Part shown: in pieces, positions 9,922 through 19,299 of the stretch
How positions within the stretch are numbered: position 1 is the first letter of the stretch
How the letters are laid out: every line of letters starts with the position of its first letter
Position numbers and translations under genes: made by a program
Notes under the pieces: model-generated
The model's input: only the letters and a program-made list of their open reading frames with translations
The model's database searches: none
Told to the model about the DNA's origin: nothing
Origin: Escherichia phage vB_Eco_F27
Sequence record: OP870146.1
Length of the DNA: 64,000 nucleotides
Direction: 5' to 3' (one strand)

Positions 9922-10462
9922 ATAAAAAATCCAAACTAGGCGAATCGCTAACAACTTCCTTCTTTTCAGCCCCAGGAGCTTTATAAGCGGATTCTTCATA
10001 ATGCGTCATTTTATCGTAGATGTCTTGAATAAACGTTTCATCTACCAACGCTACCATATCATCGTCATGACTGTCGTAGACATTATGAACGAAGTAACTA
10101 TATTTCTTTGCAACTTCCTTACGTTCTTTTTTGATACGTTGGACAAAAGCATTAAAACAAGCTCGAGTTATGTATGCATGTGGGTTATTGTACTTAGTTT
10201 CGTCGAAATTATGAAGTCCCTTAATAGAGGCTTCAATCCCATCTGCAATCATCTCCTGCTTCCAAGACTGGGTATATCCTGAAAAGTTGAAACGTTTGGA
10301 CAGGCCTTCGGCGATAAGCATAATTGCTAAACCGATGGTATCATTCTGACGAATAATTTTGTTTGGGTCTTTATTATTTAAGAGCTCCTTTTTCCATTCG
10401 ATTATAGCGGCGAGAAGCTCTTTATTATTCACATAGTTATTTTTAGGTTTTTGTTCAGTCAT
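9905..10462 (-). CDS. 55: late-transcription sigma factor gp55
   Basis: From the ATG at 10462 (AAGAGG SD) the product is 185 aa. [17 protein letters not shown]...[48 protein letters not shown] is near-identical to remembered T4 gp55. Confidence 0.93.
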   Translation of the reverse strand: MTEQKPKNNYVNNKELLAAIIEWKKELLNNKDPNKIIRQNDTIGLAIMLIAEGLSKRFNFSGYTQSWKQEMIADGIEASIKGLHNFDETKYNNPHAYITRACFNAFVQRIKKERKEVAKKYSYFVHNVYDSHDDDMVALVDETFIQDIYDKMTHYEESAYKAPGAEKKEVVSDSPSLDFLYEDDN

Positions 10463-10503
10463 AAGTACCTCTTGGCTCAATTCATAGGTCTATTATATCA
10501 TAA

Positions 10504-10527
10504 TATTTAGAGACCTATCTTAAAGCA
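10504..10527 (-). promoter_or_regulatory. candidate MotA-dependent middle promoter upstream of 55
   Basis: Minus-strand TGCTTTA (MotA-box-like), then 11 nt, then TAAATA. A TATAAT lies further downstream. Confidence 0.3.
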
Positions 10528-10617
10528 CGAGATACTATCAAAGATACGTAACTTTTATAAAGTTGTCGACTTAAAATTCACCAAACTTTTCTTCGGTTAT
10601 AGTGATTCGAGATAGTT

Positions 10618-10845
10618 TCATTCTATTTCCTTTGCTGCAAATAAGGCAGCATCCAACGAATCAAATTGGTCAACGAAATCAATATTCAACGCATCGTCAA
10701 CCGTAGCATATAACCACCATTGTTTGAATTCGTATTCTAGAATAAATCCAGGACCTTCAATCTGAGGAAGACCTAGGCTATTTGTACCAACTTCGTAACC
10801 AGCTAGACGCAAGTCATTAATCAAAGTTTCTGTTAATACGCTCAT
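10618..10845 (-). CDS. hypothetical acidic protein
   Basis: 75-aa ORF. Start overlaps the upstream stop. Confidence 0.6.
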   Translation of the reverse strand: MSVLTETLINDLRLAGYEVGTNSLGLPQIEGPGFILEYEFKQWWLYATVDDALNIDFVDQFDSLDAALFAAKEIE

Positions 10846-11174
10846 TTTACCGCCTTAACAATTTTCAAGTCAGCGAATTTTTTCTTACGTTGATTTTTCA
10901 TACGACGGATAGTCTTTTCAGAGATTTCATGTTTCTGATAAGCTTTAGATTCAACACCAAATGCAGCAACGTCAAATTCAGAAAGAATATATTGTACTAG
11001 AATTTCGCGAATAGAATTACGTCCAATTTTCTGGTCGTGTTTTTGCATGATTTCATAAAGACGGAATTCCCACGCATCAAGAACTTGAGGAGTAACAATA
11101 TTGCCGGATTCCAGAAGAGCAACAACTTTATCGAAAGCGAAAGAATTAACTACGTTTTTGATTTTAGTAGACAT
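10842..11174 (-). CDS. hypothetical protein
   Basis: ORF 10842..11213. The ATG at 11174 (MSTKIKNV) follows GAGGAAAAUAAU and lies downstream of the promoter at 11212..11241. Confidence 0.6.
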   Translation of the reverse strand: MSTKIKNVVNSFAFDKVVALLESGNIVTPQVLDAWEFRLYEIMQKHDQKIGRNSIREILVQYILSEFDVAAFGVESKAYQKHEISEKTIRRMKNQRKKKFADLKIVKAVK

Positions 11175-11193
11175 ATTATTTTCCTCGGTTATT

Positions 11194-11241
11194 TTATTAT
11201 CCAATGAGAGCATTATACTCTGCTCTCAAGAGTTTGTAAAT
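11194..11241 (-). promoter_or_regulatory. early promoter cassette (PeSL type), near-duplicate of 40442..40489
   Basis: Minus strand: -35 ATTTACA, -10 TATAAT flanked by inverted repeat GAGAGCA/TGCTCTC. 46 of 48 nt are identical to the copy at 40442..40489. Confidence 0.7.
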
Positions 11242-11243
11242 CG

Positions 11244-11444
11244 TTATCCGAACTTTTTAGCGCCTTTCCAGCCTTCGTACATAACTGCGCAAGTCAATAG
11301 CACAGCGTGTTGGCATTCTTTGTATTTGTAAATCCAGAACCAGCGTAAGAAGTCTTCATCCTCAACGCCGTTGAGTTTCATATTGGCAAAGAATTCAGCT
11401 CGTTCTTCGCGAAGTTTTTGAGATAACATAGATTCAGGATTCAT
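11244..11444 (-). CDS. hypothetical protein
   Basis: 66-aa ORF in the gene 55-nrdG spacer region. Confidence 0.55.
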   Translation of the reverse strand: MNPESMLSQKLREERAEFFANMKLNGVEDEDFLRWFWIYKYKECQHAVLLTCAVMYEGWKGAKKFG

Positions 11445-11575
11445 TTTATATTCCAGGCCCCATTTTCATCGATGAACTTAATCCAGTCATTTACAGACCA
11501 TTTAGTTGTATCACCCTTTGGATTAACATTTAAAGTATATAATCCCTGCTTAAAAAGCATTCGTTTGATATTCAT
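11441..11575 (-). CDS. small hypothetical protein (44 aa)
   Basis: The ATG at 11575 (MNIKRMLF) follows GAGGAAAUU. The longer ORF-track form would overlap the upstream gene. Confidence 0.45.
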   Translation of the reverse strand: MNIKRMLFKQGLYTLNVNPKGDTTKWSVNDWIKFIDENGAWNIK

Positions 11576-11582
11576 AATTTCC

Positions 11583-11876
11583 TCAACTGTAACGATAACA
11601 TTCGTTAGCTTTACGTTTGGCTTCAGTATGAGAAGTATTATAATCATACTCTTCTTTACTGTAAACATCTTTTTTCAACTTACGAACTTCTTTGCGGAGT
11701 TGTCGATTCATTTCATTCTTGACTTCAGAATCAACGCCTTTCATACGTTTCCATTTATCTGAGCGGAAAATGTTTTCAACCATGTCTTTGTGGCTAACAC
11801 CGTCAGGAGCTTTACGCTTACCAAAATAGTCGTAATCACGAACTTTCAAATCTTTACGACGATATGTTTTACCCAT
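11583..11876 (-). CDS. hypothetical highly basic protein
   Basis: The ATG at 11876 (MGKTYRRKDLK) follows GAGGUACUU. K/R-rich, 97 aa. Confidence 0.6.
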   Translation of the reverse strand: MGKTYRRKDLKVRDYDYFGKRKAPDGVSHKDMVENIFRSDKWKRMKGVDSEVKNEMNRQLRKEVRKLKKDVYSKEEYDYNTSHTEAKRKANECYRYS

Positions 11877-11883
11877 AAGTACC

Positions 11884-12132
11884 TCAAAGGTTGATTGATA
11901 CAATGCGTTTGATAAAATTCACTTCACTTACTGAAAGGTCTTTAAGACCGATTGATTCTAAACGCTGAGTAAGCGTCAACATCGGGATATAATCCCAATG
12001 AGTTTTATTTGCTTGATAAGTACGAACGCCATTAGCAATTTCAACATACAAATCGGAAATGGTAACGAATACCGGTCGCTCGTCATTAACTTTAAGGGTT
12101 AGAACAACTTTCTTTGAATCTAAACTAATCAT
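11884..12132 (-). CDS. hypothetical protein
   Basis: 82-aa ORF. ATGA overlap with the upstream gene. Confidence 0.6.
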   Translation of the reverse strand: MISLDSKKVVLTLKVNDERPVFVTISDLYVEIANGVRTYQANKTHWDYIPMLTLTQRLESIGLKDLSVSEVNFIKRIVSINL

Positions 12133-12311
12133 GGCTTAATTTCCTTCGCAATTGAACAGAAGATACCACGGTCACAAAGCATTTCACCAATTTCTGGATA
12201 TTTGATTGAACGGTACCAAACATCCAGGCTTGAAACTCTGGTTATCTGTACGGCATTACCATTGACAGAATAGTACTGGTCAACCTTAATTTCTTTATCT
12301 TCAATTGTCAT
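12129..12311 (-). CDS. hypothetical protein (60 aa)
   Basis: The ATG at 12311 (MTIEDKEIKV) follows GAGGAAAAUAAA. The longer track ORF runs through the promoter. Confidence 0.55.
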   Translation of the reverse strand: MTIEDKEIKVDQYYSVNGNAVQITRVSSLDVWYRSIKYPEIGEMLCDRGIFCSIAKEIKP

Positions 12312-12339
12312 TTTATTTTCCTCTATAGTAGATGGTTTA

Positions 12340-12368
12340 ATCTTAACACATCTATTGAGGATGTAAAC
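12340..12368 (-). promoter_or_regulatory. early sigma70-type promoter
   Basis: Minus strand: GTTTAC, 17 nt, TAAGAT. The spacer is partly complementary to the 5' UTR. Confidence 0.55.
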
Positions 12369-12448
12369 TGTTTTATGAAAATATTTTTGATTTGAGAGGG
12401 GCACAAGGAGATAGTGAAGTGAAGATTCCAATGGATTATATTAGAAAT

Positions 12449-12478
12449 GAGATAAAGAAGACCAGGCGGCACCTGGTC
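12449..12478 (-). terminator. intrinsic terminator after the glutaredoxin-like gene
   Basis: Minus-strand GACCAGG-UGCCG-CCUGGUC followed by UUCUUUAUCU. The stop codon lies inside the stem. Confidence 0.55.
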
Positions 12479-12800
12479 AATCTTCTATGATATCAGAGTC
12501 ATATCCTAATGAAATCAAGGACTTTTTAAACTCTGCAATATTCTTTTGTTTCTTATCATTTAAAAATATGACAGGATAACGAATGTTAAGAGATGTGAAT
12601 CCTGCACGTTTAGCAAGAGATACGATTAAAGGACGGTCATATTCAATCTTACCATTATTAGTGAGGACTTTATAAAATGTATAAGGAGCATTGAGCTCCT
12701 TTAAAAGTTTTGTAACAGTATAACATCCTGGACAACGTCCTACTTCTTCAGGGATGCCATAGATTTCAATCTTGTTCTTTAAGTTCGAGTTTTGTTCCAC
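12477..12800 (-). CDS. nrdH: glutaredoxin/NrdH-like redoxin
   Basis: KIEIYGIPEEVGRCPGCYTVTKLL has a CPGC redox motif in a thioredoxin-fold context. No ATG is available, so a GTG at 12800 with AAGGA 10 nt upstream is proposed as the start. Confidence 0.6.
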   Translation of the reverse strand: MEQNSNLKNKIEIYGIPEEVGRCPGCYTVTKLLKELNAPYTFYKVLTNNGKIEYDRPLIVSLAKRAGFTSLNIRYPVIFLNDKKQKNIAEFKKSLISLGYDSDIIED

Positions 12801-13083
12801 AAGAAATAATTCCTTGGTAAGCCCAATAAGGAGGATTAACAGGATCCTCGCCAGAGTTTTCTTCAGGAAAATAAACCTGGATAACGAAGCCGGATTCATC
12901 AAAGGTAAAATAAACCGTAGGCAGTTCACCTAACAAATCGGCACGAGCGTTGATTTCTTCGAGGTCTTGTTCACGTCCAGCCCAGAAGCTTGGGTTCAGA
13001 CTACATTCATAGAAATAATAGTCATTACCGAACATATCAAAACCATTCCAACTCTCTACTACATACCGCTCAAAACTAATCAT
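12766..13083 (-). CDS. hypothetical protein
   Basis: 105-aa ORF. Confidence 0.6.
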   Translation of the reverse strand: MISFERYVVESWNGFDMFGNDYYFYECSLNPSFWAGREQDLEEINARADLLGELPTVYFTFDESGFVIQVYFPEENSGEDPVNPPYWAYQGIISCGTKLELKEQD

Positions 13084-13085
13084 AA

Positions 13086-13301
13086 TTAAGCCTTTTTATC
13101 AAGAACAGAATTCAGTTTATTAGTAATTTTGTCCAAACGTTCATTGAATTCGCTGGAGGATAAACCCTTTTCTGGAGAAATTAAACTAATCACGAAAAAT
13201 ACGCCAGTAAAAGGAATAAGAAAAATAGCTCCAACTGCCATAAACAAAAAGAACGTTACAGTTGTAAGAAAATCAGCTAAACCTTTACGAAATTTGTACA
13301 T
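13086..13301 (-). CDS. small membrane protein
   Basis: 71 aa with one long hydrophobic stretch, FLTTVTFFLFMAVGAIFLIPFTGVFFVISLI. Confidence 0.6.
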   Translation of the reverse strand: MYKFRKGLADFLTTVTFFLFMAVGAIFLIPFTGVFFVISLISPEKGLSSSEFNERLDKITNKLNSVLDKKA

Positions 13302-13411
13302 ATTTACCCTTAATTAACTAAGCATTGATAATCATTAAACTATATTGCGAATAAAATTCTGGACCAAAACGAAAAATCATATCATTTATAGTATCCATAA
13401 TGTAATTCAAT

Positions 13412-13882
13412 TTAATCATGTTTCCACACCCCATCGGTATTTGACCAAAGTCGCTGATTATCTGATCCTCGCCACAGCTTTTTAGTCGGAAGATTTTTCT
13501 CATACTTCCCATCAATAATAACATCAACATATTTAAGCATTTCTAGTTGTTTAATATCTTCAAACTTATATCCTGTCCACAACCAAATGCTTTTATTGGG
13601 ATAAAGATTTTTTACTGTTTGAACAATGCAATGAATAACATCTCGGTTATCAGGATAGAGAGGGTCACCTCCGGTTATAGTTAATCCTTCTATATAATCA
13701 TTATTCAAACATTCAATTAATTGTTCTAGTGTTTCACCAGTGAATGGAACACCATTTCTAGCATTCCATGTTGATTTATTATAACACCCTTCGCATTTAT
13801 GCAAACAACCCGTAACGAAAAGAACGACCCTGCATCCAGGGCCATTCACAAAATCGCAAGGATAAAATCTATCATAATTCAT
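13412..13882 (-). CDS. nrdG: anaerobic ribonucleotide reductase activase NrdG (radical SAM)
   Basis: 156 aa as in T4. Cys cluster GCLHKCEGCYN. Confidence 0.92.
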   Translation of the reverse strand: MNYDRFYPCDFVNGPGCRVVLFVTGCLHKCEGCYNKSTWNARNGVPFTGETLEQLIECLNNDYIEGLTITGGDPLYPDNRDVIHCIVQTVKNLYPNKSIWLWTGYKFEDIKQLEMLKYVDVIIDGKYEKNLPTKKLWRGSDNQRLWSNTDGVWKHD

Positions 13883-15158
13883 TGGTGTTTAACCCTATGC
13901 ATGATTTCTTTATTTTTACCGAGATTAAATCCGCGTTCGTTCGGATTTCCCAAATAACCACATGTTCTTCTTATTGTGTTCATCTTTTTAGGATCAGTTT
14001 CTCCACAAATAGAACAAACAAATCCGTTTTCAGTAGGAGTCATTTCATGGGTACTTCCACATGTAAAACATTTATCTACTGGCATATTAACACCAAAATA
14101 ATCTAAATGTTGTGCAGCATAATCCCATACGGCCTCAAGGCCTTTCAAGTTATTTTTCATATCAGGAAGTTCAACATAAGAAATGTGACCACCTGTCGCA
14201 ATGAAATGATATGGCGCTTCACGAGAAATCTTTTCAAACGGAGTAATATTTTCTTCTACTGAAACATGGAAACTGTTAGTGTACCAACCTTTATCGGTAA
14301 CATCTTTTACGCTTCCATATTTTTCTGTATCAAGTTTACAGAAGCGGTAACAAAGGTTTTCAGCAGGAGTAGAATACAAACTAAAAGCAAATCCAGTTCT
14401 TTCGGACCACTGTTTAAGATGAGCATTCATTTTAGTTAAAATTTCTTGCCCAATATCACGACCGACAAGAATATTCAATTCGTGAATACCAATGTATCCT
14501 AAAGACACTGAACTTCTACCGTTTTTAAATAACTCAATTATGTCGTCATCAGGTTTAAGACGAACCCCGAATGCACCTTCTTGGTAAAGAATAGGAGCAA
14601 CAGTCGCTTTAACACCCTTTAAAGAACTAATTCTACACATCAAGGCTTCAAAACACAGATCCATTCGTTCATTAAACAATTCGATAAATTTCTGTTCATT
14701 GAACTGTGTTCCAATATAAGAATCTAATGCGATACGAGGAAGATTCAGTGTTACAACACCAAGATTATTACGTCCATCAAGAATTTCATTACCGGTTGAA
14801 TCTTTCCACACACTCAAAAAACTGCGGCAACCCATTGGAGAAACAGGAATAGATGAGCCGGTGATAGCTTTATTGTTCTTAGCTGAAATAATATCAGGAT
14901 ACATTCTTTTGCTTGCACATTCTAACGCAAGTTGTTTAATATCATAGTTCGGATCATCTTTATAAAGATTAACACCTTCTTCAACAAACATAACAAGTTT
15001 AGGAAAAATAGGAGTTATTCCATCACGACCAAGGCCTTTAATGCGGTTTTTAAGAATTGCCTTCTGAATCATTCGTTCAGTCCAGTCAGTTCCCGTACCA
15101 AATGTAATTGTTACAAAAGGCGTTTGACCGTTTGAACTGAAAAGTGTATTTACTTCAT
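13879..15158 (-). CDS. nrdD: anaerobic ribonucleotide reductase NrdD, exon 2
   Basis: Frame is open from the proposed 3' splice site at 15158. The C-terminus has the Cys cluster CFTCGS...CSICG and glycyl-radical motif RRTCGYLG. Exon 1 plus exon 2 total 1818 nt, giving 605 aa as remembered for T4 NrdD. Confidence 0.88.
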
Positions 15159-16202
15159 CATTATATTCAGCATGAGTCGCAAATTCATGCCCGTTTATAT
15201 GAAACAACAAAATTTGGATAGTCCATAGATATGCAACGTTCTTTTATAGTGCTAGGATGAAAATTTAGCGCTTTAGCTGCTTCTATATAAGACGTATACT
15301 TAATACCGTCAACAACCACATATTCAGGAACTTTATGAATAGTAGTCTTAATACTCAAAACAAGAGGATGAGTTTCGACTTCACTTTCAGTGCAATTTAA
15401 ATATTCCGCTGCTTTTTTAAAACTTCTAAAAGTTTTATTTTTAAGCTTTATCGATACTTGTTTTTTACTTTTTCGACTATTGATATTATTTTGCACATGT
15501 TCCTTAGATCTTCCGTTTTTAGCATAATATTCAGCTACAGAAGATTTTATATTGTTTTTATGAGATTCGGATAACACTTTACCCTTATGAGCATCTCTTA
15601 ATTTTTGAATATGTTCTTCAGTATCCGGATGCTTATAAAACTTTTTACCGCCTATGGATTTATTTAAACATTTTTTGCTATAAAAATATTTACGTATGAC
15701 CTCTTCTTCATGTTTTAATGCATCTTTATAACTATCAAATGTTTTTAAAATTATCCATTTAGTAGGTGTATCAGTTTTTAAGCGTTCATTTATATACTTA
15801 GATGACGTTGTGTAAGTTTTCCAGTTTGTGGGCTTGTTTTTAATTGTTCTAAATTTTTTATAACCGATATAAATGTCGCCATTAGAAAACTTAACTAAGT
15901 ATGTAAATGCGTCTTTATCTTTTATTTTAGTACAACGTCTTTTATCCATTTCATTGTTTCACCTCGTATTCATAAGATAATCTTATTTATACAAGATGAC
16001 TGCTGCATGTCGCCATGCAGATTAGACTATATCTTCATCTTTCGATGCCGGTCGTTTCGAATAGCATTAGCTTCTATTCTACACCGCTACATTCATCACG
16101 GTTAGTCGTTAGGCATTTAGTTCAAAAGAACATTTAGCACGGGATTGTCTACTAGAGAGGTTCCCCGTTTAGACCGGTTTTACATGAGCCTGAATTAAAT
16201 TA
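15159..16202 (-). mobile_element. group I self-splicing intron in nrdD (sunY-type) carrying a homing endonuclease ORF
   Basis: Exon 1 frame hits a stop at 16195. The 5' part reads CUAAACGGGGAACCUCUCUAGUAGACAAUCCCGUGCUAAAU...AAAUGCCUAACGAC...CGAAACGA...GAUAUAGUCU...CUGCAUGGCGACAUGCAGC, typical of T4 group IA cores. The 5' exon ends in U and the intron ends in G. Splice sites are inferred from frame and product length. Confidence 0.85.
15185..15949 (-). CDS. intron-encoded GIY-YIG homing endonuclease, I-TevII-like
   Basis: 254 aa. YLVKFSNGDIYIGYKK (GIY...YIG-type N-terminus) and the KHEE...IRKYF...LNKSIGG...PEYV...VSYKR pattern match remembered I-TevII. Located in the 3' part of the intron, as in the T4 sunY intron. 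Confidence 0.8.
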   Translation of the reverse strand: MDKRRCTKIKDKDAFTYLVKFSNGDIYIGYKKFRTIKNKPTNWKTYTTSSKYINERLKTDTPTKWIILKTFDSYKDALKHEEEVIRKYFYSKKCLNKSIGGKKFYKHPDTEEHIQKLRDAHKGKVLSESHKNNIKSSVAEYYAKNGRSKEHVQNNINSRKSKKQVSIKLKNKTFRSFKKAAEYLNCTESEVETHPLVLSIKTTIHKVPEYVVVDGIKYTSYIEAAKALNFHPSTIKERCISMDYPNFVVSYKRA

Positions 16203-16740
16203 ACTCATACGCCTGGAACGCGTCATAGACATCTTTTTCTGTTTTAGATTGAGCATAATTCAACGCATCAGCGATTTGCCATTTTTCTGCATCTTCAACA
16301 TGTTTAGCGTATGTGCGTTTAACATAAGGAGAAAGTACTTTATCGACATTCGCAAATGTAGTTCCGCCATACTGGTGTGAAGCAACTTGTGCAGTAATTT
16401 GTGCCATAATTGCAGTAGCAACGCCAATAGATTTAGGCGTTTCAATTTGAGCATTGCCTAATTTAAATCCATTCTCAAGCATCCCCTTTAAATCGACCAA
16501 ACAGCAATTAGTAAACGGAAGAGCAGGAGAATAATCAATATCATGCATGTGAATGATTCCGCTTTCATGCGCATTCATAATAAAAGACGGGACCATATTT
16601 TTGGCAATGTGCTTAGACACAATACCAGCCATAAGGTCCCGTTGAGTTGGAAAAACACGAGAATCTTTATTAGCATTCTCGTTCAAAAGATCTTTATTAG
16701 TTTTATGAATTAATCCTTCAATTTCTTTTTCAATTTTCAT
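16203..16740 (-). CDS. nrdD: anaerobic ribonucleotide reductase NrdD, exon 1
   Basis: MKIEKEIEGLIHKTNKDLLNENANKDSRVF. Reads through to ...AFQAYE then into the intron. Proposed splice after GAGU at 16203. Confidence 0.88.
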
Positions 16741-17210
16741 TTTAAACTCTTTCTAAGCTGCTTTTTGAATGAAGCTATTAATTGTGTTTTAGTATCAGAT
16801 TCATTATATTCAAATCCTCTTTGAAGCATCTCGGCCATCATTTCCTCTTTACCTAGTCTTGAGAACTCTTTAGTTTTGTCTGGAACAAAATTAGGATGGA
16901 TATTATTAGCAGAATAATCTTGTTTCAAATAAGCAAGAAGAGCTTCAAGCCATTCGAGGTAGTCGACATCACGACCTTTAAGACCAGAACGGTTGAACTT
17001 ATGCTTCATTTGTCCTTCTGCTGCGTTGCACAGAGAACAGAGTAATCCACGAACTCTACCGGCTTTTGGCCCGTTTAATTCATGGTCGTGGTCAAGATGG
17101 TTACCTTGAACATCAGGGTCTAATTCACGGTGGCAAATAGGACACTTACCGTTCTGTGCATCATAAAATTTTTGTTTTTCTTCTTTATATTTTGCGCCTG
17201 ATAATAACAT
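16737..17210 (-). CDS. 49: endonuclease VII (Holliday junction resolvase) gp49
   Basis: 157 aa as in T4. CPIC...HLDHDH...CSLCN zinc and H-N-H-type motifs. Confidence 0.92.
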   Translation of the reverse strand: MLLSGAKYKEEKQKFYDAQNGKCPICHRELDPDVQGNHLDHDHELNGPKAGRVRGLLCSLCNAAEGQMKHKFNRSGLKGRDVDYLEWLEALLAYLKQDYSANNIHPNFVPDKTKEFSRLGKEEMMAEMLQRGFEYNESDTKTQLIASFKKQLRKSLK

Positions 17211-17245
17211 GATAAACCCTTACCTTAAATAGATAAGGGTATTTA

Positions 17246-17671
17246 TTAACTTAAACGTCTTTCTAAATATTCAATGTATTCTGCGGCTGCTTGCATCAGG
17301 TTACCTTCATAGCCGTCGTTATTTTCTTGTCCGGCTAATTTAGCTAATGCATAAGAAATTCGTTCACCTTCGAATTCACCAAGTTTACTACCTAGCACAT
17401 CCGCAATATCAGCCGAATCAATTTCTTCGAGTTCATCTATTGAATGTGATTCCCAGAAGCACCAAAGAGAAGTATCACGGTCATAGATGCAAAGTTTCTC
17501 ACCAGTGTTCAACATCACTTCAATAATGCCATGGTCGCCATAACCATCTTCGGTAGTAGTACCAATTACCTTGATGATTGTATCTTTCTTTAATTCAGGA
17601 AACTTGACTTGTAGTTCTTCATCTTCTTTAACAATCTTGAACCATTTACCGCGAGTTTCAGAAATATTCAT
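17246..17671 (-). CDS. hypothetical acidic protein (occupies the T4 pin position)
   Basis: 141-aa ORF adjacent to gene 49. Identity with Pin cannot be verified from memory. Confidence 0.55.
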   Translation of the reverse strand: MNISETRGKWFKIVKEDEELQVKFPELKKDTIIKVIGTTTEDGYGDHGIIEVMLNTGEKLCIYDRDTSLWCFWESHSIDELEEIDSADIADVLGSKLGEFEGERISYALAKLAGQENNDGYEGNLMQAAAEYIEYLERRLS

Positions 17672-17672
17672 A

Positions 17673-17843
17673 TCAATATTCTCTATAAAAGTTATGATGA
17701 GAACGTTTAGCTTTGCGAAGCTGACGTTTAGTAGGACGAACTGTAAATGGTTGTCCGGAGAAAAAATTTGGTTCAGTTTTAATCAACACATACCAATCGT
17801 GTTCGCCACTTTTTAATAAACGGTATAACAATTTAACTTGCAT
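17673..17843 (-). CDS. small basic hypothetical protein
   Basis: The ATG at 17843 (MQVKLLYRLL) lies downstream of the promoter at 17893..17922. GGAAGAG lies upstream. Confidence 0.5.
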   Translation of the reverse strand: MQVKLLYRLLKSGEHDWYVLIKTEPNFFSGQPFTVRPTKRQLRKAKRSHHNFYREY

Positions 17844-17892
17844 AATAATCTCTTCCCATTTCCAAATCAATTATATCGTTTACTGTAGGTTC

Positions 17893-17922
17893 ATTATAAC
17901 ACGTTTCTTCGTCGTTGTAAAC
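17893..17922 (-). promoter_or_regulatory. early sigma70-type promoter
   Basis: Minus strand: GTTTAC, 18 nt, TATAAT. Confidence 0.6.
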
Positions 17923-17971
17923 TGTTTCGACGTCTGGCTCGACAGTTTCCCATCGAGCCGAATACCATGGT

Positions 17972-18328
17972 TTAGCCCCGGAGTTTATTGAGCTCTTCAT
18001 AATCAATCCAGGATTCTAGCCCTGACGGCAGGTCACATTCAATGTTCCACAGAAGCTCTTCAATGGCTTGCAGGCGATTATATTCTTCAACGGTAATGGT
18101 AACCATTGGTGCAACCGGTTCTGCCTTTTTAACCATCATATCGTTCATCAGGACGTAAAGGTCATCACGAACGTCAGTGTCGTTCCAACCCCATGATTTG
18201 GCTTCGTAAGCTAATGATGAAGTGAGCACATTTAAAACTTCAATAATAGTTGGAGCATCAGGACCAAGTTCATTGGCACAAACTTCGTATACATCTTGGA
18301 AATCTTTAAGATTTAATGAATATGTCAT
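17972..18328 (-). CDS. hypothetical acidic protein
   Basis: 118-aa ORF. Start overlaps the nrdC stop region. Confidence 0.6.
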   Translation of the reverse strand: MTYSLNLKDFQDVYEVCANELGPDAPTIIEVLNVLTSSLAYEAKSWGWNDTDVRDDLYVLMNDMMVKKAEPVAPMVTITVEEYNRLQAIEELLWNIECDLPSGLESWIDYEELNKLRG

Positions 18329-18588
18329 TTAAAATATTCTCGTAGTTGGTCAAAGCCACCGATCGAAGTTCCATCAGGAGCAAACACCTGAGGCATCGTC
18401 AATCCAACATGTGTTTCACGTCCAAGCTTAGCCAGAAGCTCAGCAATTTTTTCTTCATCGAATACACCTTTTTCTGGCATAACATTAATGAATTCGAACG
18501 GCTGTTTCTTAACAGTCAGCAATCGTTTCGCATTATCACAATAAATGCATTTATGAATAGTAGAGTCATACCCGTACACTTTAAACAT
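18325..18588 (-). CDS. nrdC: phage glutaredoxin (T4 thioredoxin) NrdC
   Basis: From MFKVYGYDSTIHKCIYCDNAKRLL the product is 87 aa with a CxxC active site, as in T4 NrdC. Confidence 0.9.
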   Translation of the reverse strand: MFKVYGYDSTIHKCIYCDNAKRLLTVKKQPFEFINVMPEKGVFDEEKIAELLAKLGRETHVGLTMPQVFAPDGTSIGGFDQLREYFK

Positions 18589-18994
18589 TATTTTTCCTTT
18601 CATCGATTAAATATGCAATGCCAAATACAATACATGTAATAAAACCTGTGATACAGATAGAGACCAACAACACTGTACCAAAGAACCAAATCAAGTTATC
18701 TTTAGTAGTTTGTTTGATATCCATCTCACGAATTTCTATAGCTATCGTATCACCTTTATTCAGAAGCGTATAAAATGATGGAGATACACGCCTGTCAAAA
18801 ACTCGTCCTTGCTCATCTTTATAGACTGCAATAAATTCTAATTTAGAATATTTTCCTGTAGATTGGCCTGAGATTAATTCCACTACCTCCACAGGAATTA
18901 CTTTAGTTTCCATGTAAGTATTCTGACTGTTCCAAATGAATGGAATAATGGCAAAAACTAAAGCTGCGATAAAACAACGAAGACTATATCTCAT
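18581..18994 (-). CDS. membrane protein (nrdC.1 position)
   Basis: 137 aa with N- and C-terminal hydrophobic helices. Confidence 0.6.
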   Translation of the reverse strand: MRYSLRCFIAALVFAIIPFIWNSQNTYMETKVIPVEVVELISGQSTGKYSKLEFIAVYKDEQGRVFDRRVSPSFYTLLNKGDTIAIEIREMDIKQTTKDNLIWFFGTVLLVSICITGFITCIVFGIAYLIDERKNNV

Positions 18995-19299
18995 TATAAT
19001 GTTCTCTCAAATTTGTGGAAGCATTTACGGCATTTCAATTTCAAGTTATCAGTGGTCCAGTTAACCAGTTGGACTTGGATAGTTCCACATTCTGGGCATG
19101 GATGTTTTGCTGCCGATTTGGCAGCATTTTCACGTCGTTCAACCATTTTCATTATTTCGTTCCATGCCGGAGGAACGAACTCTTCTTCACCGTGGATTTT
19201 ATCTCGCTGAACAAATTCAATCTTTGAACTATCGCCAATAAACTTAACCAAGCGGTGATTAGTGTTCATATCAATATCCTCTAAAAGACGTAGTTTCAT
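18994..19299 (-). CDS. zinc-ribbon protein
   Basis: 101 aa. CPECG...CRKCFHKF pair of CxxC motifs. Confidence 0.6.
   Translation of the reverse strand: MKLRLLEDIDMNTNHRLVKFIGDSSKIEFVQRDKIHGEEEFVPPAWNEIMKMVERRENAAKSAAKHPCPECGTIQVQLVNWTTDNLKLKCRKCFHKFERTL

Noticed and set aside
13318-13530. 70-aa minus-strand ORF
   Set aside because: It overlaps the 3' part of nrdG in another frame and extends into the short spacer. It has no SD and an odd composition.
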